Positions 20,167-31,517 of a stretch of 64,000 nucleotides of DNA are shown in pieces. The DNA lies in the NCBI GenBank assembly GCA_045863295.1, contig BTWA01000030.1, positions 1-64,000 on the forward strand, read 5' to 3'. The first letter of the stretch is position 1, and the number at the start of each line of letters is the position of its first letter. Origin of the DNA: Candidatus Hydrogenedentota bacterium (GTDB lineage: Bacteria; Hydrogenedentota; Hydrogenedentia; Hydrogenedentales; SLHB01). The position numbers and the translations under genes were made by a program. The notes beneath the pieces were generated by a model that did no database searches, was not told the DNA's origin, and worked only from the letters and a program-made list of their open reading frames with translations.

Positions 20167-21054
20167 CTATGCGTGGGTGGAGACGTGGACTTCCTCGGAA
20201 CCCCATTCGTGCGTATGGACGAAGCGGTGCACACAACAGGCGGCGTCCTGTATGTCCAGCCGGGAAAATTCCCCGGTCACGCTTTCCTTGCGGTTCCGGT
20301 AGAAGAATGCTCCGGTGGTGAGATGGCGTAAGTTGGGATAGTGGGGATCCTGCGTGTGGCTGAAACGGTGCACATGGCCCGCCACATAAAGAATCCGCTT
20401 GCCGGATTCTCCCAGGGCCTTACGCAGGGCATCCGCGTTCCGGAGCCGTCGTTCGCGGGTGAGTTCGTAGGCATGGGTGCGGTTCAGGAGCGGATAGTGT
20501 CCCGCAACGATGATGACGGAATCTTCGCATCGCGAGAGCAATTCGGCAGTTTTTTCAATCTCCAATTCGTGGATAAGACCCTTAGAGGACAGCATATTCG
20601 GACAAACCGTGGGTACGAGGATGATGGGTGTGCCCCCGGCCAATGTACGACGGACGGGAAATCCCGCTGGCGGCAACAGGGGTCCAAAATGCCGGGCAAA
20701 GCGGTGATCGCGGACCGACTCAAACGTGTACACATCATGATTTCCGGGCACGAGATGCACGCTGAATCCGGAACGCTGGAGGCGATCGACAAACGCCTTG
20801 GCCATGGCAAACTCCGCCTCGGACGCCGTGGATGTAAAATCCCCGGTAAGCAGAATATCCGTCCCACCTGCCGCACGAAGCGCCTCGATGTAGGGATCGG
20901 CCGCCTCCATTTTGAAATAGCGGCGCCGCTTGAGCAGGACATTGAGATTTCCCATCGCACGCTTATTCAGCATGCGCAAGGGATTCCATTCCACCTGCCA
21001 GAAATGCAGATCGGCCACGTGCAACAGCACGTCGCGTGGGAGCTGAACATCCAT
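20167..21054 (-). CDS. Calcineurin-like metallophosphoesterase
   Basis: ADLH, TGD, PGNHD, GHYP, GHVH motifs. Confidence 0.9.
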   Translation of the reverse strand: MDVQLPRDVLLHVADLHFWQVEWNPLRMLNKRAMGNLNVLLKRRRYFKMEAADPYIEALRAAGGTDILLTGDFTSTASEAEFAMAKAFVDRLQRSGFSVHLVPGNHDVYTFESVRDHRFARHFGPLLPPAGFPVRRTLAGGTPIILVPTVCPNMLSSKGLIHELEIEKTAELLSRCEDSVIIVAGHYPLLNRTHAYELTRERRLRNADALRKALGESGKRILYVAGHVHRFSHTQDPHYPNLRHLTTGAFFYRNRKESVTGEFSRLDIQDAACCVHRFVHTHEWGSEEVHVSTHA

Positions 21055-21107
21055 CGTAGGCGCCTAACCTCGTCTATGCCGGAGTATGTACTCGAATTGC
21101 GCGGCAA

Positions 21108-23456
21108 TCACTGAAAACTGCTCACGATGGCGCCTGGCGGCGGCGCTGTGCTCTCCATCGTGACGATCGACCCTTGGGGCGATGCCGAGAAATAGGCTTT
21201 TTGCATTTCGCCCGGGGTGGAGGCACCGCCTTGCGAAATCACGATTAGGCGCCGGGGCGCAATCAAAACAGCGGCGGTGACGGCATCGCCAACGCTACGG
21301 ATAGACGGTAAGTAGAATCGGTTGGCCCACACCGCATCGTCGTCCAGATTCGCCGTACGCAGGTCCACCGCCGTGACGGGAATGTTCGTATCGAGCGCGG
21401 ATGCAAACAGAGCCCAGACGCCGGCATCCTCCAGTCCGAGTAAACCAACGGCTTCCGAGGATCCCAGTTTGCCACGCAGAAACGCGACCGCCGTCAATAC
21501 ATCTTGAATGCGATAGGCCGTATCGGTTGGCAGGAAAGTGTCTGGAAACGCCTTCACGGTCCGGGTTACGGATTCCTTGGGGCCTTGGTTTTCGCCTACT
21601 AGCAGGGGATCCACCGTCAAAACGGCAAATCCTGCCTTCACGAACACGTTGATGTATTCGCCGGGCACACCACGCGACAGATCGGCGAGCGCTCCCTTTC
21701 CTCGTCCATGCACCATAACGACCCCCTTGCCGTTCGCGTTGGCCGCGGGTGTGTACAAGATGGCCGGCAGACTGTCTCCGACGCCGTCCCGCCCCAGAAT
21801 CAGGTGTTCGCGCACATGGGCGTCAAACGTATCCGTGGCAAGCGAGGCACCCAGTACGGATTTGGGATCGGGAACGCTTGCGGCGATGATGTCGTTCAAT
21901 GCAGGGCCATAGGCAGTTCGGAACGCTTCAAGGGCCAGTTCGCCCTTGGGCAACAGCGCTTTCCACTTCGTGGCGTACGCGGCTTTCATGCTCCTCATCA
22001 CTTCTTCGCCGCTGGGATAGCCGGACGGCACCTGCTTTTCCTTATTGAGGAGCATGGCTTCGTCGGCATCCACTTCAAACGGGGGTTCGGTGAAATCCTT
22101 GTATTGATCGGCCTTGTCGATCACCCATTTGCCGAAAAACTTGTACACAGCCTCGCGGCTTGCCTGATTGTAGTTGTGAGGGGCATCGACGTGAGCGTGT
22201 GCGAGCCGATCCTCGGATCCGTAGAGGGCGTATATGCCCTTGATTGCCGGGTACTCCACGTCCGTCGTGGCGCGTGTCCAGTCGCCGCTGGCTGACACCA
22301 TTAACATGGGCCGGGGCGCGGTCAGGGCGCCGATTTCCATGTTGCTCGCGTGAATGCGAATCAGGGGCGCATTCTCGCAGATGCAGCCACCTTGCATCGT
22401 ATGGCTGATCATGTTTACGGGCGAGGCAATCTTCACGCGCGGATCGATCGCGGTGACGATAAAAGTTTGCGTGCCTCCACCCGACGCGCCGGTGCACGCG
22501 ATGTTTTCTCTATTCACATACGGGAGTTCCTGCATCAAATCAATGACGCGCAGGCTGGTCAGGGTCTGCATGGCGAACGGATGAAGCCCGTAGAGGAGGC
22601 GAATTCGCCTTTCTTGATCGTTGTTGTCCTCCGTGCCCATGTCGTGCTTGAACTGAACGCTGTCGTTGTATCCGATCATGTCGTAGGCAAAGGCCACCAT
22701 GCCCATACGGGCGAAGGTAATGCACCTTCCGGGGACGGATCCGCGCTCGGCATTCTCCAGGCGCCCGCGCTCCCAATGTCCGTGAGGGCAAATTACCGCC
22801 GGAAACGGTCCATCGCCTTTGGGTCGATACAAATTGCCGGAGGCAAGAAATCCAGGAAAGGGTTCAAAGTAGATTTTTTCCACAATATAGTCGCCGTGAT
22901 CCGCGACGGGTTCAATCCTGGCGTTCAGCGGGTTCTTCTCGGGCAAAGGCAGCAGACCGCACGCCACCTGTATCGTTCGGCGCAGGTCGCTGGCAAACAT
23001 CTCCCACGATTCCTTCGACTCAAAGGGGGTCATGGCAAAGGTTGTGTTCGTTTCGCGTTCGATGCCCAGACGCGCGTCGGTCGGCGGCGCGGCGGATGTT
23101 TGCGCGCGGATATTTCCCATTGCCGTTGCCGGATCGAATCCCGGAACGGCGGACAGCGCGACGGTTGCAACCGGGCCTTCCACCGAAATGGTGACGGCGC
23201 TTGCCCCGAGCGTTATGGTACCCGCCTGCGTCCAGACGTGGGTGTCTGACGCATTGGCGGCCGCCTGCAAAGGCATGGTTGACCCATTGACCGTGACGGA
23301 AGCCGGCATTGCGGGATGAGTCCAGGCCCAGACCGTATACTCGGCGGGCTGCGAGATTTGAAACGCGGCGTCAGGAAGATCGACGGAATCTGCCCAGATG
23401 ACGCCTCGCGCTTCGTACGTAACTGCCAGGGCAATGGAAAGTACTGCTGCGATCAT
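21108..23456 (-). CDS. Secreted acetylxylan-esterase-like alpha/beta hydrolase (two hydrolase lobes)
   Basis: PHGHW, TGASGGGTQT, GGCICEN, HNYN; degenerate second hydrolase domain. Confidence 0.8.
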   Translation of the reverse strand: MIAAVLSIALAVTYEARGVIWADSVDLPDAAFQISQPAEYTVWAWTHPAMPASVTVNGSTMPLQAAANASDTHVWTQAGTITLGASAVTISVEGPVATVALSAVPGFDPATAMGNIRAQTSAAPPTDARLGIERETNTTFAMTPFESKESWEMFASDLRRTIQVACGLLPLPEKNPLNARIEPVADHGDYIVEKIYFEPFPGFLASGNLYRPKGDGPFPAVICPHGHWERGRLENAERGSVPGRCITFARMGMVAFAYDMIGYNDSVQFKHDMGTEDNNDQERRIRLLYGLHPFAMQTLTSLRVIDLMQELPYVNRENIACTGASGGGTQTFIVTAIDPRVKIASPVNMISHTMQGGCICENAPLIRIHASNMEIGALTAPRPMLMVSASGDWTRATTDVEYPAIKGIYALYGSEDRLAHAHVDAPHNYNQASREAVYKFFGKWVIDKADQYKDFTEPPFEVDADEAMLLNKEKQVPSGYPSGEEVMRSMKAAYATKWKALLPKGELALEAFRTAYGPALNDIIAASVPDPKSVLGASLATDTFDAHVREHLILGRDGVGDSLPAILYTPAANANGKGVVMVHGRGKGALADLSRGVPGEYINVFVKAGFAVLTVDPLLVGENQGPKESVTRTVKAFPDTFLPTDTAYRIQDVLTAVAFLRGKLGSSEAVGLLGLEDAGVWALFASALDTNIPVTAVDLRTANLDDDAVWANRFYLPSIRSVGDAVTAAVLIAPRRLIVISQGGASTPGEMQKAYFSASPQGSIVTMESTAPPPGAIVSSFQ

Positions 23457-23619
23457 GAGCACCGTCTCCTTCTGTTTCGGAACGAGCAGGATACTGCGAA
23501 CCGACGGCGGATGTGAAGCGGCTGACGGCAGACTTTCCTTTTGGGGGGGACGGCGGAACATCGCCGGGCCGCCTTCGGCAAGCGAATCGTAACGGCCGGA
23601 CTACTTGAAAGATGCCGAT

Positions 23620-25122
23620 TTACCGGTTAAGGAGCTTCCGGCCTTCGGTTCCCTTGATGCCGGTAGTCACCCGGACAAATGCCTCTTCGTCGCGGCACGC
23701 CGAGATGGCTTCCTCGCGTTCGACAATGCCTTTTCTGAAGAGCTCCACGGCGTACTGGTCGAAGCTCTTCATATCGTTGTCCACTTCAATGATGTTGTGT
23801 AGGCGTTCGATCTCGCCTTCGAGGATGGCATCGCGCACCATGGGCAAGTTGCACAACAGCAGTTCAACGCAGGGAATGCGGCCGCCACCTTTCCGCTTGA
23901 GCAACCGTTGACAACACACGCCGCGCAGGGTAAATGCCAATTCCTGACGGATCACGTCGCGTTCATCGTTCGGGAAATAACTGATGATGCGGTTGACCGT
24001 ATCCACGGCGGTCATGGTGTGCAGCGTGCTAAACACCAGGTGGCCTGTAGACGCGGCGCTCATGGCCGTTCGGATCGTATCCCGGTCGCGCATCTCGCCG
24101 ACAAGGATGACATCCGGATCTTCGCGGAGCGCACCGCGCAGCGCATTGGCGAACGAGTGCGTGTCGCGCCCGACTTGCCGTTGTGAAATGATGGACTTCT
24201 TGTCGGAGTACACAAACTCGATGGGGTCTTCGACGGTAATGATGTGCGCGCTGCGGGTGGAATTGATGTAATCCACGAGCGAAGCCAGGGTGGTGGATTT
24301 GCCGGAGCCCGTCACGCCGCACACCAGAAACAACCCGCGGTGCGCATTGGCCACGTCGCGAATCTGCGACGGCAGGTCAAGTTTCTCAAAGGGATATGGG
24401 CTCTCGGGGATAAATCGAATGGCCAGTGCCATCGCGCCCATTTTGACAAATCCCGAACACCGCAAATAGCCGACACCTGCAAGGTGATACTGAAAACTGG
24501 ATTCCTTTTCCGTCAACAAGTAGTCCACTTCGGCCTGTCCGCCGAGTTGATAGACCACTTCTGTCATATCTTCGGCGCTCATGGGCGGGAGGTCGAGGGG
24601 TTTCAATTCGCTGTCAATGCGCATGTAGGGCGGGCAGCCCGCGCGCATATGAATGTCCGACCCCTTGTTCTCCATCATTTGTTCGATCAGCATGTTGATG
24701 TTGAAATCAATTCGCTTGAACGACTTGATGGTTACATGCCACGAACGGGAGCGCAACGATTCCCGCGTAAATTCCTCGACCGCCGCATCTACAGGAAACA
24801 ATTGCTTGAGTTGCCCCCACTCGAAGGCAGGCAGAGTCACGCCCCATTGGCCGTCGTTCAATGCGACCTGATTGGGGATATTCAGGGCATTGAGCTTATT
24901 GCGAAGCCCCTCCGGATCGGCCCCGTCCTTGGGTTGGAAAGTGAGACGAAAGAAATCGACTCGCTTGCCGAAGTCTTTGGATCGGGCGACCATTTCGCCG
25001 CGATCGCTCTTGAGCGACAATTCAAGCGGAAGCCCCATCTTCTTAACGACTTCATGCACGCCGGTATGAAAGACTTCGAAGATCGTGCTCTTGGAGTTTG
25101 TACCGATTACCATCGCGGACAT
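23620..25122 (-). CDS. PilT/PilU family type IV pilus ATPase with N-terminal extension
   Basis: GSDIH, GVTGSGKSTT, TVEDPIE, ALREDPDVILVGEMRD, TGHLVFSTLHT. Confidence 0.92.
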   Translation of the reverse strand: MSAMVIGTNSKSTIFEVFHTGVHEVVKKMGLPLELSLKSDRGEMVARSKDFGKRVDFFRLTFQPKDGADPEGLRNKLNALNIPNQVALNDGQWGVTLPAFEWGQLKQLFPVDAAVEEFTRESLRSRSWHVTIKSFKRIDFNINMLIEQMMENKGSDIHMRAGCPPYMRIDSELKPLDLPPMSAEDMTEVVYQLGGQAEVDYLLTEKESSFQYHLAGVGYLRCSGFVKMGAMALAIRFIPESPYPFEKLDLPSQIRDVANAHRGLFLVCGVTGSGKSTTLASLVDYINSTRSAHIITVEDPIEFVYSDKKSIISQRQVGRDTHSFANALRGALREDPDVILVGEMRDRDTIRTAMSAASTGHLVFSTLHTMTAVDTVNRIISYFPNDERDVIRQELAFTLRGVCCQRLLKRKGGGRIPCVELLLCNLPMVRDAILEGEIERLHNIIEVDNDMKSFDQYAVELFRKGIVEREEAISACRDEEAFVRVTTGIKGTEGRKLLNR

Positions 25123-25256
25123 AGCACAGCGTCCTTCGTATATTTCGATCCGGGTTGCGTCCCCGGAATCCGCGCCCACAAACACAAAAGGCTGGAAAAT
25201 CTACCAAACGCTTCGCGGATCAGTCAAAGGAATCGAAATGGAACGGACTTTTGACC

Positions 25257-25775
25257 TTAGCGTTGAGTGAAGATGGGTTTGCCGTCTTCATCATGAAACC
25301 ACATGATTGGACCTTGATCGTCGACTTTGACAAAGAAGCGGCCCTTGTCATTTTTGTCGCGCAAGTTGAACAGGGGCTCATCGTTAGTGACCTGGAGGAA
25401 GACCCGCCCCTTATCTTGTGCGTCGCGCATACTGAGGAGAGGTTCTTTCTCGTCAACTTGGAGAAAAATGCGGGATTCCCCCTTTGCATCGCGCAAATTG
25501 AACATGGCAGTACCCTGGGCCGTGATTCCGGTCCAGATGCGAGTAATTTGGTTGGCATCAGACATCGTCAGCCGGACATTGTTTCCGGAATCGACGCCGA
25601 GACTGGCCCGCACGTTGCCATCGGCGTCGATGAGGCGGAACTCGCTGGCTTCCAGTCCAGAACCGGCGGCCGCGAACACGGGGGTGGCTGAAAACAGGTG
25701 AATGGATACGGCGCCGCCCAAGAAGCTCATGGACATGGCGGCAACGAGCGTGATGCCGAATTGTGTTTTGGACAT
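25257..25775 (-). CDS. Exported protein with about 22-aa beta-hairpin-like repeats
   Basis: Signal/TM, then units such as FNLRDAKGESRIFLQV, LSMRDAQDKGRVFLQV, FNLRDKNDKGRFFVKV. Confidence 0.7.
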   Translation of the reverse strand: MSKTQFGITLVAAMSMSFLGGAVSIHLFSATPVFAAAGSGLEASEFRLIDADGNVRASLGVDSGNNVRLTMSDANQITRIWTGITAQGTAMFNLRDAKGESRIFLQVDEKEPLLSMRDAQDKGRVFLQVTNDEPLFNLRDKNDKGRFFVKVDDQGPIMWFHDEDGKPIFTQR

Positions 25776-25916
25776 AGCAGGTCCCCTTCCTGTGTCTCAA
25801 ATGCATTTCACTTGCCGTCGGCCCATCCGCTGTGGGCCGCACTTGTCGCGAAGGATCGAATCATACACGACAAAGCGCCGCGATAGGAACCCAACTGCGT
25901 TGTCCACGCTTGAGAG

Positions 25917-27626
25917 TTACATAAGAGGAATGGCGAGGGTATTCATGACTTTGTAGAGGTACGTCACGATTTCTTTGGAGCTCACACCATCGGAACCGGG
26001 AAAACTGCCCACGCTTCGATAGTTGGCGTAGAAGTCTTCGTGGTCCGTGGGGACCGGCTCCTTGCCGGGGATAAGTTCGAAACTGCTCGTATTCTTGAGC
26101 GGCCAGATATCGACCGGAGAGAGGCCGGAGAGGCCTTCTAGCAGGGCATTCACCTCGGCCAGCGGCACCTGCCGTTTTGCAATGACCCAACTTGAACCCG
26201 CCCCGGTCGTGCTGAGTATAGACTCTTGCACGGCCTTCGCTACGCGCGCATCCTCGACAAATAGGCCCATTTCCGAATTAAGATTCTCCGAGCGGGGATC
26301 AATGTTGAAGGTGCCGATGTAGGCGATTCTCGCGTCGCGTACGAAAGACTTTGCGTGAATGGAGACGAATGGTTTGCCGCTGCTCTTTTCGAGAGCACGC
26401 CTTTCCAGGTCGGCATAATTCGGCAAACGGGCCAGCAGATCTTCGGGGTGCGGCTTGATTTCGTGCACCTGGAACTGGAGCTTTTCGATATAGACGGAGC
26501 GCAGCTTGAAATTCGCGGAATAGGCCAGGGTATTGTCCGTCGCGGCAAAGCTGTTCGTGGCGACAATGATGTCCATCGTTGGATTGCGTTTTCGCATACG
26601 GCGGAACATCCACCTTGCGCTTCGATCCAGAATTAGATAAGGGCTTTGAATCACAAGACTCGATTCCGTGCCGCGCATGACGTCACGGACTTCCTTCGTA
26701 TGGCGGCCTCCGCCCCATATGCCAATGGAGGAATTCTTTCCCGGCGGGTCCCAATTGAACCACGCTTTGTCGGCGCGATAGAACCGGTCGACAAAGCGCG
26801 TGCGAATGTAGTCGCCATTGGAGGCATCGGCATCCACATCGTCGAAGAATCCATTGAGGTTATATCCGGCCCTGTCAGCGGGTCTGTTGAATTCGTTCCG
26901 CTCAATTACGCGGGCCACGTCGAGCAGATTTGCCGCTGGAATGGAGCGGCGGTCTTTCCAGAATTCTTCGAAGGATTCGCCGATATCCGGCAACAGCGGG
27001 CCGATGACAAGGGCATCACGATCGAGAAAGTTGTAGGTCAAGCTGTGGTTGTAATAGTGGTTGTCGATGTTGCGGCCGCCCATCAGCGCAATCATGTTGT
27101 CGATTAAGAACAGTTTGTTATGCATTCGCTGGTTCTGGCCGCGAAAGAACAACACGTGACTGACGGCCAAACTGATCGTGTCCGGGTCAATCTGCTTCGC
27201 CGGCGGACGGTAGTACTTCAACTCAAAATTGGGATGCGCGGTGGCGAGAAACGCGACGAAGTCGCGATCCTTGGAAGACATGAAGTGATCGGCCAACAAA
27301 CGCACCTTCACGCCGCGGGCCGCGGCCTGAATGAGTTCGTACATGAGCAGACGGCCGCACTCGTCGTTTTCAAGAATGAACGTTTGAATATCGATGGTGT
27401 GCCGGGCCGCGCGAATCAGATGGACGCGAAGCACCAGCGCTTGATAGCCGTCGTCGATGACGCCAACGTAATTGCCGCGCGTCACGTCATCCTTCTTATC
27501 GGCGACACGGTGGTGCGCTTCGGCGAAGGTATACAGCGGAGACGCCGCGCCGAGTGCCGCCGGCACTATCAGCAGCAAGGCCAGTATGAGTGATCTCAAT
27601 TGAATCACCGTTTGCTCCCATGTCAC
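25917..27626 (-). CDS. Phospholipase D family protein (ClsC-like)
   Basis: Two HKD motifs, HNKLFLID and [22 protein letters not shown]. Confidence 0.9.
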   Translation of the reverse strand: MTWEQTVIQLRSLILALLLIVPAALGAASPLYTFAEAHHRVADKKDDVTRGNYVGVIDDGYQALVLRVHLIRAARHTIDIQTFILENDECGRLLMYELIQAAARGVKVRLLADHFMSSKDRDFVAFLATAHPNFELKYYRPPAKQIDPDTISLAVSHVLFFRGQNQRMHNKLFLIDNMIALMGGRNIDNHYYNHSLTYNFLDRDALVIGPLLPDIGESFEEFWKDRRSIPAANLLDVARVIERNEFNRPADRAGYNLNGFFDDVDADASNGDYIRTRFVDRFYRADKAWFNWDPPGKNSSIGIWGGGRHTKEVRDVMRGTESSLVIQSPYLILDRSARWMFRRMRKRNPTMDIIVATNSFAATDNTLAYSANFKLRSVYIEKLQFQVHEIKPHPEDLLARLPNYADLERRALEKSSGKPFVSIHAKSFVRDARIAYIGTFNIDPRSENLNSEMGLFVEDARVAKAVQESILSTTGAGSSWVIAKRQVPLAEVNALLEGLSGLSPVDIWPLKNTSSFELIPGKEPVPTDHEDFYANYRSVGSFPGSDGVSSKEIVTYLYKVMNTLAIPLM

Positions 27627-27786
27627 TCACCTGCGTAACGGTACGCTATCCCGGCGGGATCGTCAATGTGCGGGCGGGCCGGGTTTATTTCGCCCGTTCA
27701 CACCACAGTGTGACAACGTGCGCAAAAACAAGATAAGATCGCCTTTCCACACAATGGTCCACCAACAACGAGACGGTACAAGCACC

Positions 27787-28626
27787 ATGGCAGGCATTAA
27801 ACTTGATGGCAAAGCGCTGGCAGGGCAGATAGAGACAGAACTGCAGGGGCGCGTCGAAGCACTGAAAACACGGACCGGCATCACGCCCATTCTGGCCACA
27901 ATTCTTGTGGGGGATGACCCCGCTTCGGCCACCTACGTGAAAATGAAAGGGAACGCCTGCCGCCGGGTGGGCATGGAATCCCGCAAGGTGGAATTGCCCG
28001 CCTCCACGACGACGGAGGAGTTGCTTGCCGCCATTGCCGAATTGAACGCCGACCCTGGGGTGGCGGGCATCCTGTTGCAGCACCCCGTGCCCCACCAAAT
28101 TGACGAGCGGGCTTGTTTCGATGCCATCCAACTGGAAAAGGACGTGGACGGGGTAACGTGCCTCGGGTTCGGCCGGATGGCCATGGGCGAGGCGGCGTAC
28201 GGTTCCGCCACGCCGGCGGGCATTATGCGGCTGTTGAAGCATTACGCGATTGCGCTCTCCGGCAAGCGGGCCGTGGTGGTCGGGCGCAGTCCGATTCTGG
28301 GCAAGCCCATGGCGCTGATGCTCTTGAACGAGCATGCCACCGTGACGATCTGCCATTCCCGCACCAAAGACCTTGCGGACCTTGTGCGCCAAGCGGACAT
28401 CATCGTAGGCGCGGTGGGACGGCCGGAGTTCATCCAAGGAGACTGGATCGCGGATGGCGCGGTGGTGGTGGATGCCGGGTATCACCCCGGCAACGTGGGA
28501 GACATCCAGGTGTCGGCTATCGTGGATCGGTGTGCGGCGTACACACCGGTGCCCGGCGGAGTCGGACCAATGACTATATCGACGTTGATTGCGCAGACGG
28601 TGGAAGCGGCCGAAAAGGCATTCTGA
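27787..28626 (+). CDS. folD: Methylenetetrahydrofolate dehydrogenase/cyclohydrolase
   Basis: [39 protein letters not shown]. Confidence 0.96.
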   Translation: MAGIKLDGKALAGQIETELQGRVEALKTRTGITPILATILVGDDPASATYVKMKGNACRRVGMESRKVELPASTTTEELLAAIAELNADPGVAGILLQHPVPHQIDERACFDAIQLEKDVDGVTCLGFGRMAMGEAAYGSATPAGIMRLLKHYAIALSGKRAVVVGRSPILGKPMALMLLNEHATVTICHSRTKDLADLVRQADIIVGAVGRPEFIQGDWIADGAVVVDAGYHPGNVGDIQVSAIVDRCAAYTPVPGGVGPMTISTLIAQTVEAAEKAF

Positions 28627-28655
28627 CAGATTTCCAATCTCTGAAGGAGTTGACC

Positions 28656-29552
28656 ATGGAAACGAGGCATTTGGGAAAGACCGACCTCCGGGTCACGGTG
28701 CTGGGATTTGGCGGCGCGGAAATCGGCTTTGAACAGGCTGGTCCAAAGCAGGTCGAAGATCTGCTGAACCGCGCGCTGGATGAAGGCATGAACGTAATAG
28801 ACACGGCACGGATGTATCTCGCGAGCGAAGAGATGATCGGCAAGGCGGTGAGTCACCGCCGGGACGAATTCTATCTGTTCACCAAGTGCGGCCAGAACGG
28901 CCTGCCGGAATCCGAGATGTGGAAACCGGTCAATCTCATGAAGGATATCGAGGCCAGCCTGAAGTTGCTGAAAACCGATTATCTTGATCTGGTGCAGTTG
29001 CACAGTTGCAGCCTGGATGTGTTGAAGCATCTGGACGCCATCACCACCCTGCAAAAGGCAAAGGAAAAGGGCTACACCCGTTATATCGGCTACAGCGGCG
29101 AGGAAGAAGCCGCCAAGTTTGCGTGTGAAACCGAGGCGTTCGACACGCTGCAGACGAGCGTGAACATCGCGGACCAGCGGACGATCGATTACGTGTTGCC
29201 GGTCGCGAAACAGAAGCGCATGGGCGTAATTGCGAAACGGCCTATCGCCAACGCCGTGTGGAAGCACAAGACCAAACCGGACAACGCATATCATCACGAA
29301 TACTGGGACCGCATCCAAAAGCTGAACTACGAGTTCTTGAGGGGCGAGGTGAACGACGGAGTCTCCACCGCATTGCGTTTCACATTGACCGTGCCCGAGG
29401 TCGATACGGCCATTGTGGGGACCACGAAACCGGATCGGTGGTCCGAGAACGCGGAATACGCCTCGCGCGGAACGTTGACCGTCGAGGAGTTTGCCCGCAT
29501 CCGGCAGGTCTGGAAGCAAGTTGCCCCGCCGGATTGGCTCGGGCAGGTTTGA
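28656..29552 (+). CDS. Aldo/keto reductase
   Basis: LGFGG, IDTARMY, FTKCG, DYLDLVQLHS; SD AAGGAG. Confidence 0.92.
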   Translation: METRHLGKTDLRVTVLGFGGAEIGFEQAGPKQVEDLLNRALDEGMNVIDTARMYLASEEMIGKAVSHRRDEFYLFTKCGQNGLPESEMWKPVNLMKDIEASLKLLKTDYLDLVQLHSCSLDVLKHLDAITTLQKAKEKGYTRYIGYSGEEEAAKFACETEAFDTLQTSVNIADQRTIDYVLPVAKQKRMGVIAKRPIANAVWKHKTKPDNAYHHEYWDRIQKLNYEFLRGEVNDGVSTALRFTLTVPEVDTAIVGTTKPDRWSENAEYASRGTLTVEEFARIRQVWKQVAPPDWLGQV

Positions 29553-29710
29553 GTGGCAGTGAAGCACTCGGAGGGTGGCGGGTGAAACTTGCGGTCGCAG
29601 GCCACAAGACACTCCTTTCGAAAGCGAAAGGTTGCCGTATCGCACGGCCCGAACGTCCACGGGGTTTTTCAGCCTTCCGGGAGCAACGAATCGCTTTCCT
29701 TGCGCCCAAA

Positions 29711-29740
29711 TTGACACTACCGATTGCCAAATGCTACAGT
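29711..29740 (+). promoter_or_regulatory. sigma70 promoter of tRNA-Glu
   Basis: TTGACA-18 nt-TACAGT. Confidence 0.65.
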
Positions 29741-29788
29741 ATTGTCTCACACGCCGGGCGCTTTATGCCGCCCGGTTTGTCGTGTTGC

Positions 29789-29866
29789 GGCCCCATCGTC
29801 TAGCCTGGCCTAGGACACCACGCTTTCAATGTGGCGACACGGGTTCAAATCCCGTTGGGGCCGCCA
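29789..29866 (+). tRNA. tRNA-Glu (anticodon TTC)
   Basis: Acceptor GGCCCCA/TGGGGCC, anticodon arm CCACG-ctTTCaa-TGTGG, T-loop GGTTCAAATCC, encoded CCA. Confidence 0.96.
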
Positions 29867-29971
29867 TTTCTGTTTATTCCCCGCCTGATATGCGAGCCGC
29901 GAAATGAATGTGGAAATAGTCCACAAATTACCCAGATAAGCGTGGATTGGATACAGGGAAGATTCCCTCAG

Positions 29972-30721
29972 TCACCGGCCCAATGGTGCGAGTCCTGCGG
30001 CCATCGCTGCTATCCACACGGCAATACCCACGGATGCGGTGAGCAATGTCTGCCAGTTATCGCGGCCGTACTGGCGAAGCGTGGCGATCCCAGTCTTTTT
30101 CTGCACGAATGCGTCGAAGCCGATGCCCATAGCAAGAAAAGTCAACATTGCGCCCATGATGCTCCATAGTTCGAAGCGGGGCAGCACCACAACGCCGATG
30201 GCAACCACGGCAACCGCACCCAAGCCGAAACCAGACCAGACCATCCCGTAGAAGTACGATCCTCGTTCGGATCGCTGCTCCAACTCGCAGTTGTGCCGTA
30301 CACGCGCCTCAATGGCTTGACGGATTCCTTCCATGTCTTCCCATCCAGATAGCCAGACGCCGGGCCATCGATTCGCGCGCAATACAATGCGGGATAGTGC
30401 ATTCGATTTGTCGCGATGAAACTCCACCTTGCGCACTTCCGAAAGGCGGATGCGGTTCGCAAGCGCTGGAGTGCCGATGACGAGTTCGTCGTTCCCAATC
30501 CGTAGCACGTGCGCGGTTAAAGTTCGCATCGCGGCCCGCCGGCCCAAGACACTGAGTACCGCAATGCCAATAACCGTGAGTGCACTGCTCGCAACGCCGA
30601 ATGAGAGACGGTCGGACCACGCAAGGCACCCGTACAGAAAGCAGAATATTAGCGGGACAACCACGCCCGGAATCAGCGAAAGCCGTCGGCAATGGTTCTC
30701 TGTATAGTGAAACTCTCGCAT
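29972..30721 (-). CDS. Multi-TM hypothetical protein, tandem paralogue 4
   Basis: 2 TM, beta-rich soluble domain with LSGWEDM, C-terminal TMs. Confidence 0.7.
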   Translation of the reverse strand: MREFHYTENHCRRLSLIPGVVVPLIFCFLYGCLAWSDRLSFGVASSALTVIGIAVLSVLGRRAAMRTLTAHVLRIGNDELVIGTPALANRIRLSEVRKVEFHRDKSNALSRIVLRANRWPGVWLSGWEDMEGIRQAIEARVRHNCELEQRSERGSYFYGMVWSGFGLGAVAVVAIGVVVLPRFELWSIMGAMLTFLAMGIGFDAFVQKKTGIATLRQYGRDNWQTLLTASVGIAVWIAAMAAGLAPLGR

Positions 30722-30723
30722 GT

Positions 30724-31395
30724 TCAGTTCCTTCTGATATGCCGCCGCCTCACATAGAGCACGACGCCAATAGCCAGACCGAGAATCGTCGTCAATACGG
30801 CTATTGACTCTTCGTGCGATTCACCGATCGGAAAGAAGTTCATCAACAGCAGAAAACACGCGAGTGGGAGCACGACAATTACCGCAAAGATGGTCAGCGC
30901 GCGTGTCTCGGCGTAATAAGGGTTTGCCCGATACGACTCGTACACTTGGCAGTTGGCGGGTATGCGTTCCTTCATGGCAATTAGCAATCTGGGCATGTCT
31001 TCATATCCGGAAAGCGACAACCTGGATCGATCGTTTTCAATGCTTACGTCGATTCGCATCGGCGTACCATCCGTAAATAAGTAAACGTGCAAGCCGCGCA
31101 CCGAAGCGAAGGAATAGGTGCGTTCAATTCCCGACGGTCTGGTGATCCTGATCGCGTCGCCGATACGCAATACCAAACGGCACAGTCGTATCCGCCCCAC
31201 GAATACCATGCCCGTGAACATTGCAAAGCCCACGATCAGGATAACCGCCACCACCGGAATAAACAGGGTGGAATTGCGCAACAGGGCAAGTGCCGTTATC
31301 ACGAGTGCAAGTGACATCAACGCGGCAATTACCGCGCTGACGAGCACGCTGTAGCGCGTTATAGTCAGATTTGAAAGGCGATAGTCTGTTTCCAA
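30724..31395 (-). CDS. Multi-TM hypothetical protein, tandem paralogue 3
   Basis: DYRLS start, 2 TM, LSGYEDM, 2 TM; SD AGGAGG before TTG. Confidence 0.7.
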   Translation of the reverse strand: METDYRLSNLTITRYSVLVSAVIAALMSLALVITALALLRNSTLFIPVVAVILIVGFAMFTGMVFVGRIRLCRLVLRIGDAIRITRPSGIERTYSFASVRGLHVYLFTDGTPMRIDVSIENDRSRLSLSGYEDMPRLLIAMKERIPANCQVYESYRANPYYAETRALTIFAVIVVLPLACFLLLMNFFPIGESHEESIAVLTTILGLAIGVVLYVRRRHIRRN

Positions 31396-31517
31396 CTCTC
31401 AGCCTCCTGGTCATCACGAATCAGGGATCAGAATACTGCCTTTCGGGCTTTCTGTAAATAGGGTTCTTGACCACCATGAAGCCAATTGCATAAGCAGAAT
31501 CAAACCTCGCATTACGG

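Noticed and set aside
28113..28655. Apparent N-terminal extension of the aldo/keto reductase overlapping folD
   Set aside because: Open alternative frame only; an SD and ATG at 28656 give a normal-sized protein.
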